From Auanema rhodensis (Eukaryota; Animalia; Nematoda), in assembly GCA_964057225.1 (NCBI GenBank), contig CAXKVF010000099.1, positions 25,648-89,647 on the forward strand: DNA of 64,000 bases. The letters are read 5' to 3'. Made by a program: the position numbers and the translations under genes. This document shows, in pieces, positions 1 through 11,616 of this stretch (within the stretch, counting starts at the first letter, position 1; every line of letters starts with the position of its first letter). The notes beneath the pieces are model-generated. The model saw only the letters and a list, made by a program, of their open reading frames with translations. It ran no database searches and had not been told where the DNA came from.

Positions 1-176
1 TGGTTACCATGCACCAATATCAATAAAAATTTGTTTTTAGACTAATATGGACATGGGGAATCTAATTTTGAAAACCGCATCTCTTTATCTTTCACGTGAA
101 GCGAGTTACATACCAAGTGCACATCACGTGTACATTTAATTAGCATAAATTAAAGTTCACGTAAATTTCAAAGTCA
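1..176 (+). repeat. Representative 176-bp monomer (56/176 G+C in the consensus, 5 CpG)
   Basis: Read directly; the next monomer starts at 177. This first copy is the GCAC type at positions 11-14; the majority type is GAAC. Confidence 0.97.
91..162. promoter_or_regulatory. E-box cluster repeated in each monomer: TTCACGTGAA (91-100), ATCACGTG (123-130), TTCACGT (156-162); putative bHLH-ZIP binding sites, function unproven
   Basis: The motifs are read directly. CACGTG is the canonical E-box/G-box, and ATCACGTG fits the CDEI consensus RTCACRTG. Binding is inference only. Confidence 0.3.
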
Positions 177-1936
177 TGGTTACCATGAACCAATATCAAT
201 AAAAATTTGTTTTTAGACTAATATGGACATGGGGAATCTAATTTTGAAAACCGCATCTCTTTATCTTTCACGTGAAGCGAGTTACATACCAAGTGCACAT
301 CACGTGTACATTTAATTAGCATAAATTAAAGTTCACGTAAATTTCAAAGTCATGGTTACCATGAACCAATATCAATAAAAATTTGTTTTTAGACTAATAT
401 GGACATGGGGAATCTAATTTTGAAAACCGCATCTCTTTATCTTTCACGTGAAGCGAGTTACATACCAAGTGCACATCACGTGTACATTTAATTAGCATAA
501 ATTAAAGTTCACGTAAATTTCAAAGTCATGGTTACCATGAACCAATATCAATAAAAATTTGTTTTTAGACTAATATGGACATGGGGAATCTAATTTCAAA
601 AACCGCATCTCTTTATCTTTCACGTGAAGCGAGTTACATACCAAGTGCACATCACGTGTACATTTAATTAGCATAAATTAAAGTTCACGTAAATTTCAAA
701 GTCATGGTTACCATGCACCAATATCAATAAAAATTTGTTTTTAGACTAATATGGACATGGAGAATCTAATTTTGAAAACCGCATCTCTTTATCTTTCACG
801 TGAAGCGAGTTACATACCAAGTGCACATCACGTGTACATTTAATTAGCATAAATTAAAGTTCACGTAAATTTCAAAGTCATGGTTACCATGAAGCAATAT
901 CAATAAAAATTTGTTTTTAGACTAATATGGACATGTGGAATCTAATTTTGAAAACCGCATCTCTTTATCTTTCACGTGAAGCGAGTTACATACCAAGTGC
1001 ACATCACGTGTACATTTAATTAGCATAAATTAAAGTTCACGTAAATTTCAAAGTCATGGTTACCATGAACCAATATCAATAAAAATTTGTTTTTAGACTA
1101 ATATGGACATGGGGAATCTAATTTTGAAAACCGCATCTCTTTATCTTTCACGTGAAGCGAGTTACATACCAAGTGCACATCACGTGTACATTTAATTAGC
1201 ATAAATTAAAGTTCACGTAAATTTCAAAGTCATGGTTACCATGAACCAATATCAATAAAAATTTGTTTTTAGACTAATATGGACATGGGGAATCTAATTT
1301 TGAAAACCGCATCTCTTTATCTTTCACGTGAAGCGAGTTACATACCAAGTGCACATCACGTGTACATTTAATTAGCATAAATTAAAGTTCACGTAAATTT
1401 CAAAGTCATGGTTACCATGAACCAATATCAATAAAAATTTGTTTTTAGACTAATATGGACATGGGGAATCTAATTTCAAAAACCGCATCTCTTTATCTTT
1501 CACGTGAAGCGAGTTACATACCAAGTGCACATCACGTGTACATTTAATTAGCATAAATTAAAGTTCACGTAAATTTCAAAGTCATGGTTACCATGCACCA
1601 ATATCAATAAAAATTTGTTTTTAGACTAATATGGACATGGAGAATCTAATTTTGAAAACCGCATCTCTTTATCTTTCACGTGAAGCGAGTTACATACCAA
1701 GTGCACATCACGTGTACATTTAATTAGCATAAATTAAAGTTCACGTAAATTTCAAAGTCATGGTTACCATGAAGCAATATCAATAAAAATTTGTTTTTAG
1801 ACTAATATGGACATGTGGAATCTAATTTTGAAAACCGCATCTCTTTATCTTTCACGTGAAGCGAGTTACATACCAAGTGCACATCACGTGTACATTTAAT
1901 TAGCATAAATTAAAGTTCACGTAAATTTCAAAGTCA
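177..1936. repeat. 5-monomer (880-bp) tandem duplication
   Basis: Markers TTTCAAAAACC (597, 1477), GGAGAA in a GCAC monomer (starts 705, 1585) and ATGTGG in a GAAG monomer (starts 881, 1761) recur at 880 bp. Confidence 0.85.
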
Positions 1937-4900
1937 TGGTTACCATGAACCAATATCAATAAAAATTTGTTTTTAGACTAATATGGACATGGGGAATCTA
2001 ATTTTGAAAACCGCATCTCTTTATCTTTCACGTGAAGCGAGTTACATACCAAGTGCACATCACGTGTACATTTAATTAGCATAAATTAAAGTTCACGTAA
2101 ATTTCAAAGTCATGGTTACCATGAAGCAATATCAATAAAAATTTGTTTTTAGACTAATATGGACATGGGGAATCTAATTTTGAAAACCGCATCTCTTTAT
2201 CTTTCACGTGAAGCGAGTTACATACCAAGTGCACATCACGTGTACATTTAATTAGCATAAATTAAAGTTCACGTAAATTTCAAAGTCATGGTTACCATGA
2301 ACCAATATCAATAAAAATTTGTTTTTAGACTAATATGGACATGGGGAATCTAATTTTGAAAACCGCATCTCTTTATCTTTCACGTGAAGCGAGTTACATA
2401 CCAAGTGCACATCACGTGTACATTTAATTAGCATAAATTAAAGTTCACGTAAATTTCAAAGTCATGGTTACCATGAACCAATATCAATAAAAATTTGTTT
2501 TTAGACTAATATAGACATGGGGAATCTAATTTTGAAAACCGCATCTCTTTATCTTTCACGTGAAGCGAGTTACATACCAAGTGCACATCACGTGTACATT
2601 TAATTAGCATAAATTAAAGTTCACGTAAATTTCAAAGTCATGGTTACCATGAACCAATATCAATAAAAATTTGTTTTTAGACTAATATGGACATGGGGAA
2701 TCTAATTTTGAAAACCGCATCTCTTTATCTTTCACGTGAAGCGAGTTACATACCAAGTGCACATCACGTGTACATTTAATTAGCATAAATTAAAGTTCAC
2801 GTAAATTTCAAAGTCATGGTTACCATGAACCAATATCAATAAAAATTTGTTTTTAGACTAATATGGACATGGAGAATCTAATTTTGAAAACCGCATCTCT
2901 TTATCTTTCACGTGAAGCGAGTTACATACCAAGTGCACATCACGTGTACATTTAATTAGCATAAATTAAAGTTCACGTAAATTTCAAAGTCATGGTTACC
3001 ATGAAGCAATATCAATAAAAATTTGTTTTTAGACTAATATGGACATGGGGAATCTAATTTTGAAAACCGCATCTCTTTATCTTTCACGTGAAGCGAGTTA
3101 CATACCAAGTGCACATCACGTGTACATTTAATTAGCATAAATTAAAGTTCACGTAAATTTCAAAGTCATGGTTACCATGAACCAATATCAATAAAAATTT
3201 GTTTTTAGACTAATATGGACATGGGGAATCTAATTTTGAAAACCGCATCTCTTTATCTTTCACGTGAAGCGAGTTACATACCAAGTGCACATCACGTGTA
3301 CATTTAATTAGCATAAATTAAAGTTCACGTAAATTTCAAAGTCATGGTTACCATGAACCAATATCAATAAAAATTTGTTTTTAGACTAATATAGACATGG
3401 GGAATCTAATTTTGAAAACCGCATCTCTTTATCTTTCACGTGAAGCGAGTTACATACCAAGTGCACATCACGTGTACATTTAATTAGCATAAATTAAAGT
3501 TCACGTAAATTTCAAAGTCATGGTTACCATGAACCAATATCAATAAAAATTTGTTTTTAGACTAATATGGACATGGAGAATCTAATTTTGAAAACCGCAT
3601 CTCTTTATCTTTCACGTGAAGCGAGTTACATACCAAGTGCACATCACGTGTACATTTAATTAGCATAAATTAAAGTTCACGTAAAATTCAAAGTCATGGT
3701 TACCATGAACCAATATCAATAAAAATTTGTTTTTAGACTAATATGGACATGGAGAATCTAATTTTGAAAACCGCATCTCTTTATCTTTCACGTGAAGCGA
3801 GTTACATACCAAGTGCACATCACGTGTACATTTAATTAGCATAAATTAAAGTTCACGTAAATTTCAAAGTCATGGTTACCATGAACCAATATCAATAAAA
3901 ATTTGTTTTTAGACTAATATGGACATGGGGAATCTAATTTTGAAAACCTCATCTCTTTATCTTTCACGTGAAGCGAGTTACATACCAAGTGCACATCACG
4001 TGTACATTTAATTAGCATAAATTAAAGTTCACGTAAATTTCAAAGTCATGGTTACCATGAAGCAATATCAATAAAAATTTGTTTTTAGACTAATATGGAC
4101 ATGTGGAATCTAATTTTGAAAACCGCATCTCTTTATCTTTCACGTGAAGCGAGTTACATACCAAGTGCACATCACGTGTACATTTAATTAGCATAAATTA
4201 AAGTTCACGTAAATTTCAAAGTCATGGTTACCATGAACCAATATCAAAAAAAATTTGTTTTTAGACTAATATGGACATGGGGAATCTAATTTTGAAAACC
4301 GCATCTCTTTATCTTTCACGTGAAGCGAGTTACATACCAAGTGCACATCACGTGTACATTTAATTAGCATAAATTAAAGTTCACGTAAATTTCAAAGTCA
4401 TGGTTACCATGAAGCAATATCAATAAAAATTTGTTTTTAGACTAATATGGACATGGGGAATCTAATTTTGAAAACCGCATCTCTTTATCTTTCACGTGAA
4501 GCGAGTTATATACCAAGTGCACATCACGTGTACATTTAATTAGCATAAATTAAAGTTCACGTAAATTTCAAAGTCATGGTTACCATGAACCAATATCAAT
4601 AAAAATTTGTTTTTAGACTAATATGGACATGGGGAATCTAATTTTGAAAACCGCATCTCTTTATCTTTCACGTGAAGCGAGTTACATACCAAGTGCACAT
4701 CACGTGTACATTTAATTAGCATAAATTAAAGTTCACGTAAATTTCAAAGTCATGGTTACCATGAACCAATATCAATAAAAATTTGTTTTTAGACTAATAT
4801 GGACATGGGGAATCTAATTTCAAAAACCGCATCTCTTTATCTCTCACGTGAAGCGAGTTACATACCAAGTGCACATCACGTGTACATTTAATTAGCATAA

Positions 4901-5456
4901 ATTAAAGTTCACGTAAATTTCAAAGTCATGGTTACCATGCACCAATATCAATAAAAATTTGTTTTTAGACTAAGATGGACATGGGGAATCTAATTTTGAG
5001 AACCGCATCTCTTTATCTTTCACGTGAAGCGAGTTACATACCGAGTGCACATCACGTGTACATTTAATTAGCATAAATTAAAGTTCACGTAAATTTCAAA
5101 GTCATGGTTACCATGAACCAATATCAATAAAAATTTGTTTTTAGACTAATATGGACATGAGGAATCTAATTTTGAAAACCGCATTTCTTTATCTTTCACG
5201 TGAAGCGAGTTACATACCAAGTGCACATCACGTGTACATTTAATTAGCATAAATTAAAGTTCACGTAAATTTCAAAGTCATGGTTACCATGAACCAATAT
5301 CAATAAAAATTTGTTTTTAGACTAATATGGACATGGGGAATCTAATTTTGAAAACCGCATTTCTTTATCTTTCACGTGAAGCGAGTTACATACCAAGTGC
5401 ACATCACGTGTACATTTAATTAGCATAAATTAAAGTTCACGTAAATTTCAAAGTCA

Positions 5457-6864
5457 TGGTTACCATGAACCAATATCAATAAAAATTTGTTTTTAGACTA
5501 ATATGGACATGGGGAATCTAATTTTGAAAACCGCATTTCTTTATCTTTCACGTGAAGCGAGTTACATACCAAGTGCACATCACGTGTACATTTAATTAGC
5601 ATAAATTAAAGTTCACGTAAATTTCAAAGTCATGGTTACCATGAACCAATATCAATAAAAATTTGTTTTTAGACTAATATGGACATGGGGAATCTAATTT
5701 TGAAAACCGCATCTCTTTATCTTTCACGTGAAGCGAGTTACATACCAGGTGCACATCACGTGTACATTTAATTAGCATAAATTAAAGTTCACGTAAATTT
5801 CAAAGTCATGGTTACCATGAACCAATATCAATAAAAATTTGTTTTTAGACTAATATGGACATGGGGAATCTAATTTTGAAAACCGCATCTCTTTATCTTT
5901 CACGTGAAGCGAGTTACATACCAAGTGCACATCACGTGTACATTTAATTAGCATAAATTAAAGTTCACGTAAACTTCAAAGTCATGGTTACCATGCACCA
6001 ATATCAATAAAAATTTGTTTTTAGACTAATATGGACATGAGGAATCTAATTTTGAAAACCGCATCTCTTTATCTTTCACGTGAAGCGAGTTACATACCAA
6101 GTGCACATCACGTGTACATTTAATTAGCATAAATTAAAGTTCACGTAAATTTCAAAGTCATGGTTACCATGAACCAATATCAATAAAAATTTGTTTTTAG
6201 ACTAATATGGACATGGGGAATCTAATTTTGAAAACCGCATTTCTTTATCTTTCACGTGAAGCGAGTTACATACCAAGTGCACATCACGTGTACATTTAAT
6301 TAGCATAAATTAAAGTTCACGTAAATTTCAAAGTCATGGTTACCATGAACCAATATCAATAAAAATTTGTTTTTAGACTAATATGGACATGGGGAATCTA
6401 ATTTTGAAAACCGCATCTCTTTATCTTTCACGTGAAGCGAGTTACATACCAGGTGCACATCACGTGTACATTTAATTAGCATAAATTAAAGTTCACGTAA
6501 ATTTCAAAGTCATGGTTACCATGAACCAATATCAATAAAAATTTGTTTTTAGACTAATATGGACATGGGGAATCTAATTTTGAAAACCGCATCTCTTTAT
6601 CTTTCACGTGAAGCGAGTTACATACCAAGTGCACATCACGTGTACATTTAATTAGCATAAATTAAAGTTCACGTAAACTTCAAAGTCATGGTTACCATGC
6701 ACCAATATCAATAAAAATTTGTTTTTAGACTAATATGGACATGAGGAATCTAATTTTGAAAACCGCATCTCTTTATCTTTCACGTGAAGCGAGTTACATA
6801 CCAAGTGCACATCACGTGTACATTTAATTAGCATAAATTAAAGTTCACGTAAATTTCAAAGTCA
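5457..6864. repeat. 4-monomer (704-bp) tandem duplication
   Basis: Ordered markers GCATTTC / CCAGGT / AAACTT / GCAC+ATGAGG in monomers 5457, 5633, 5809, 5985 repeat in 6161, 6337, 6513, 6689. Confidence 0.85.
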
Positions 6865-8096
6865 TGGTTACCATGAACCAATATCAATAAAAATTTGTTT
6901 TTAGACTAATATGGACATGGGGAATCTAATTTTGAAAACCGCATCTCTTTATCTTTCACGTGAAGCGAGTTACATACCAAGTGCACATCACGTGTACATT
7001 TAATTAGCATAAATTAAAGTTCACGTAAATTTCAAAGTCATGGTTACCATGCACCAATATCAATAAAAATTTGTTTTTAGACTAATATGGACATGGGGAA
7101 TCTAATTTTGAAAACCGCATCTCTTTATCTTTCACGTGAAGCGAGTTACATACCAAGTGCACATCACGTGTACATTTAATTAGCATAAATTAAAGTTCAC
7201 GTAAATTTCAAAGTCATGGTTACCATGAACCAATATCAATAAAAATTTGTTTTTAGACTAATATGGACATGGGGAATCTAATTTTGAAAACCGCATCTCT
7301 TTATCTTTCACGTGAAGCGAGTTACATACCAAGTGCACATCACGTGTACATTTAATTAGCATAAATTAAAGTTCACGTAAATTTCAAAGTCATGGTTACC
7401 ATGCACCAATATCAATAAAAATTTGTTTTTAGACTAATATGGACATGGGGAATTTAATTTTGAAAACCGCATCTCTTTATCTTTCACGTGAAGCGAGTTA
7501 CATACCAAGTGCACATCACGTGTACATTTAATTAGCATAAATTAAAGTTCACGTAAATTTCAAAGTCATGGTTACCATGAAGCAATATCAATAAAAATTT
7601 GTTTTTAGACTAATATGGACATGGGGAATCTAATTTTGAAAACCGCATCTCTTTATCTTTCACGTGAAGCGAGTTACATACCAAGTGCACATCACGTGTA
7701 CATTTAATTAGCATGAATTAAAGTTCACGTAAATTTCAAAGTCATGGTTACCATGCACCAATATCAATAAAAATTTGTTTTTAGACTAATATGGACATGG
7801 GGAATCTAATTTTGAAAACCGCATCTCTTTATCTTTCACGTGAAGCGAGTTACATACCAAGTGCACATCACGTGTACATTTAATTAGCATAAATTAAAGT
7901 TCACGTAAATTTCAAAGTCATGGTTACCATGCACCAATATCAATAAAAATTTGTTTTTAGACTAATATGGACATGGGGAATCTAATTTTGAAAACCGCAT
8001 CTCTTTATCTTTCACGTGAAGCGAGTTACATACCAAGTGCACATCACGTGTACATTTAATTAGCATAAATTAAAGTTCACGTAAATTTCAAAGTCA

Positions 8097-11000
8097 TGGT
8101 TACCATGAACCTATATCAATAAAAATTTGTTTTTAGACTAATATGGACATGGGGAATCTAATTTTGAAAACCGCATCTCTTTATCTTTCACGTGAAGCGA
8201 GTTACATACCAAGTGCACATCACGTGTACATTTAATTAGCATAAATTAAAGTTCACGTAAATTTCAAAGTCATGGTTACCATGAAGCAATATCAATAAAA
8301 ATTTGTTTTTAGACTAATATGGACATGGGGAATCTAATTTTGAAAACCGCATCTCTTTATCTTTCACGTGAAGCGAGTTACATACCAAGTGCACATCACG
8401 TGTACATTTAATTAGCATGAATTAAAGTTCACGTAAATTTCAAAGTCATGGTTACCATGCACCAATATCAATAAAAATTTGTTTTTAAACTAATATGGAC
8501 ATGGGGAATCTAATTTTGAAAACCGCATCTCTTTATCTTTCACGTGAAGCGAGTTACATACCAAGTGCACATCACGTGTACATTTAATTAGCATAAATTA
8601 AAGTTCACGTAAATTTCAAAGTCATGGTTACCATGCACCAATATCAATAAAAATTTGTTTTTAGACTAATATGGACATGGGGAATCTAATTTTGAAAACC
8701 GCATCTCTTTATCTTTCACGTGAAGCGAGTTACATACCAAGTGCACATCACGTGTACATTTAATTAGCATAAATTAAAGTTCACGTAAATTTCAAAGTCA
8801 TGGTTACCATGAAGCAATATCAATAAAAATTTGTTTTTAGACTAATATGGACATGGGGAATCTAATTTTGAAAACCGCATCTCTTTATCTTTCACGTGAA
8901 GCGAGTTACATACCAAGTGCACATCACGTGTACATTTAATTAGCATAAATTAAAGTTCACGTAAATTTCAAAGTCATGGTTACCATGAACCAATATCAAT
9001 AAAAATTTGTTTTTAGACTAATATGGACATGGGGAATCTAATTTTGAAAACCGCATCTCTTTATCTTTCACGTGAAGCGAGTTACATACCAAGTGCACAT
9101 CACGTGTACATTTAATTAGCATAAATTAGTGTTCACGTAAATTTCAAAGTCATGGTTACCATGAACCAATATCAATAAAAATTTGTTGTTAGACTAATAT
9201 GGACATGGGGAATCTAATTTTGAAAACCGCATCTCTTTATCTTTCACGTGAAGCGAGTTACATACCAAGTGCACATCACGTGTACATTTAATTAGCATAA
9301 ATTAAAGTTCACGTAAATTTCAAAGTCATGGTTACCATGCACCAATATCAATAAAAATTTGTTTTTAGACTAATATGGACATGGGGAATCTAATTTTGAA
9401 AACCGCATCTCTTTATCTTTCACGTGAAGCGAGTTACATACCAAGTGCACATCACGTGTACATTTAATAAGCATAAATTAAAGTTCACGTAAATTTCAAA
9501 TTCATGGTTACCATGCACCAATATCATTAAAAATTTGTTTTTTGACTAATATGGACATGGGGAATCTAATTTTGAAAACCGCATCTCTTTATCTTTCACG
9601 TGAAGCGAGTTACATACCAAGTGCACATCACGTGTACATTTAATTAGCATAAATTAAAGTTCACGTAAATTTCAAAGTCATGGTTACCATGAACCAATAT
9701 CAATAAAAATTTGTTTTTAGACTAATATGGACATGGGGAATCTAATTTTGAAAACCGCATCTCTTTATCTTTCACGTGAAGCGAGTTACATACCAAGTGC
9801 CCATCACGTGTACATTTAATTAGCATAAATTAAAGTTCACGTAAATTTCAAAGTCATGGTTACCATGAACCTATATCAATAAAAATTTGTTTTTAGACTA
9901 ATATGGACATGGGGAATCTAATTTTGAAAACCGCATCTCTTTATCTTTCACGTGAAGCGAGTTACATACCAAGTGCACATCACGTGTACATTTAATTAGC
10001 ATAAATTAAAGTTCACGTAAATTTCAAAGTCATGGTTACCATGAAGCAATATCAATAAAAATTTGTTTTTAGACTAATATGGACATGGGGAATCTAATTT
10101 TGAAAACCGCATCTCTTTATCTTTCACGTGAAGCGAGTTACATACCAAGTGCACATCACGTGTACATTTAATTAGCATGAATTAAAGTTCACGTAAATTT
10201 CAAAGTCATGGTTACCATGCACCAATATCAATAAAAATTTGTTTTTAAACTAATATGGACATGGGGAATCTAATTTTGAAAACCGCATCTCTTTATCTTT
10301 CAAGTGAAGCGAGTTACATACCAAGTGCACATCACGTGTACATTTAATTAGCATAAATTAAAGTTCACGTAAATTTCAAAGTCATGGTTACCATGCACCA
10401 ATATCAATAAAAATTTGTTTTTAGACTAATATGGACATGGGGAATCTAATTTTGAAAACCGCATCTCTTTATCTTTCACGTGAAGCGAGTTACATACCAA
10501 GTGCACATCACGTGTACATTTAATTAGCATAAATTAAAGTTCACGTAAATTTCAAAGTCATGGTTACCATGAAGCAATATCAATAAAAATTTGTTTTTAG
10601 ACTAATATGGACATGGGGAATCTAATTTTGAAAACCGCATCTCTTTATCTTTCACGTGAAGCGAGTTACATACCAAGTGCACATCACGTGTACATTTAAT
10701 TAGCATAAATTAAAGTTCACGTAAATTTCAAAGTCATGGTTACCATGAACCAATATCAATAAAAATTTGTTTTTAGACTAATATGGACATGGGGAATCTA
10801 ATTTTGAAAACCGCATCTCTTTATCTTTCACGTGAAGCGAGTTACATACCAAGTGCACATCACGTGTACATTTAATTAGCATAAATTAGTGTTCACGTAA
10901 ATTTCAAAGTCATGGTTACCATGAACCAATATCAATAAAAATTTGTTGTTAGACTAATATGGACATGGGGAATCTAATTTTGAAAACCGCATCTCTTTAT

Positions 11001-11616
11001 CTTTCACGTGAAGCGAGTTACATACCAAGTGCACATCACGTGTACATTTAATTAGCATAAATTAAAGTTCACGTAAATTTCAAAGTCATGGTTACCATGC
11101 ACCAATATCAATAAAAATTTGTTTTTAGACTAATATGGACATGGGGAATCTAATTTTGAAAACCGCATCTCTTTATCTTTCACGTGAAGCGAGTTACATA
11201 CCAAGTGCACATCACGTGTACATTTAATAAGCATAAATTAAAGTTCACGTAAATTTCAAATTCATGGTTACCATGCACCAATATCATTAAAAATTTGTTT
11301 TTTGACTAATATGGACATGGGGAATCTAATTTTGAAAACCGCATCTCTTTATCTTTCACGTGAAGCGAGTTACATACCAAGTGCACATCACGTGTACATT
11401 TAATTAGCATAAATTAAAGTTCACGTAAATTTCAAAGTCATGGTTACCATGAACCAATATCAATAAAAATTTGTTTTTAGACTAATATGGACATGGGGAA
11501 TCTAATTTTGAAAACCGCATTTCTTTATCTTCCACGTGAAGCGAGTTACATACCAAGTGCCCATCACGTGTACATTTAATTAGCATAAATTAAAGTTCAC
11601 GTAAAATTCAAAGTCA
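8097..11616. repeat. 10-monomer (1760-bp) tandem duplication
   Basis: AACCTAT, GCATGAAT, TTAAAC, TTAGTGTTC, TTGTTG (9188/10948), TAATAAG, CATTAAAA, TTTGAC and GCCCAT all recur at 1760 bp. Confidence 0.85.

Noticed and set aside
22-40. AATAAA polyadenylation signal and TTTTTAG splice-acceptor-like motif in each monomer
   Set aside because: Short AT-rich motifs expected by chance; there is no transcript evidence or gene context.
1-176. 5S rRNA, tRNA, snRNA or spliced-leader tandem gene array
   Set aside because: No recognisable 5S or tRNA sequence, cloverleaf or A/B boxes. AATTTGTTTTTAG and AATTTTGA only loosely resemble Sm sites and are expected in AT-rich DNA. An Rfam/Infernal scan would settle it.
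1-176. Assignment to known 176-bp satellites (Brassica CentBr, honey bee AluI family)
   Set aside because: Only the length matches. The consensus lacks HindIII (AAGCTT) and AluI (AGCT) sites; AGCT appears only in rare variants. I recognise no sequence similarity.
1-176. CENP-B box or telomeric repeats
   Set aside because: No TTCG-N4-A-N2-CGGG match in the consensus on either strand, and no TTAGG, TTAGGG or TTTAGGG runs.
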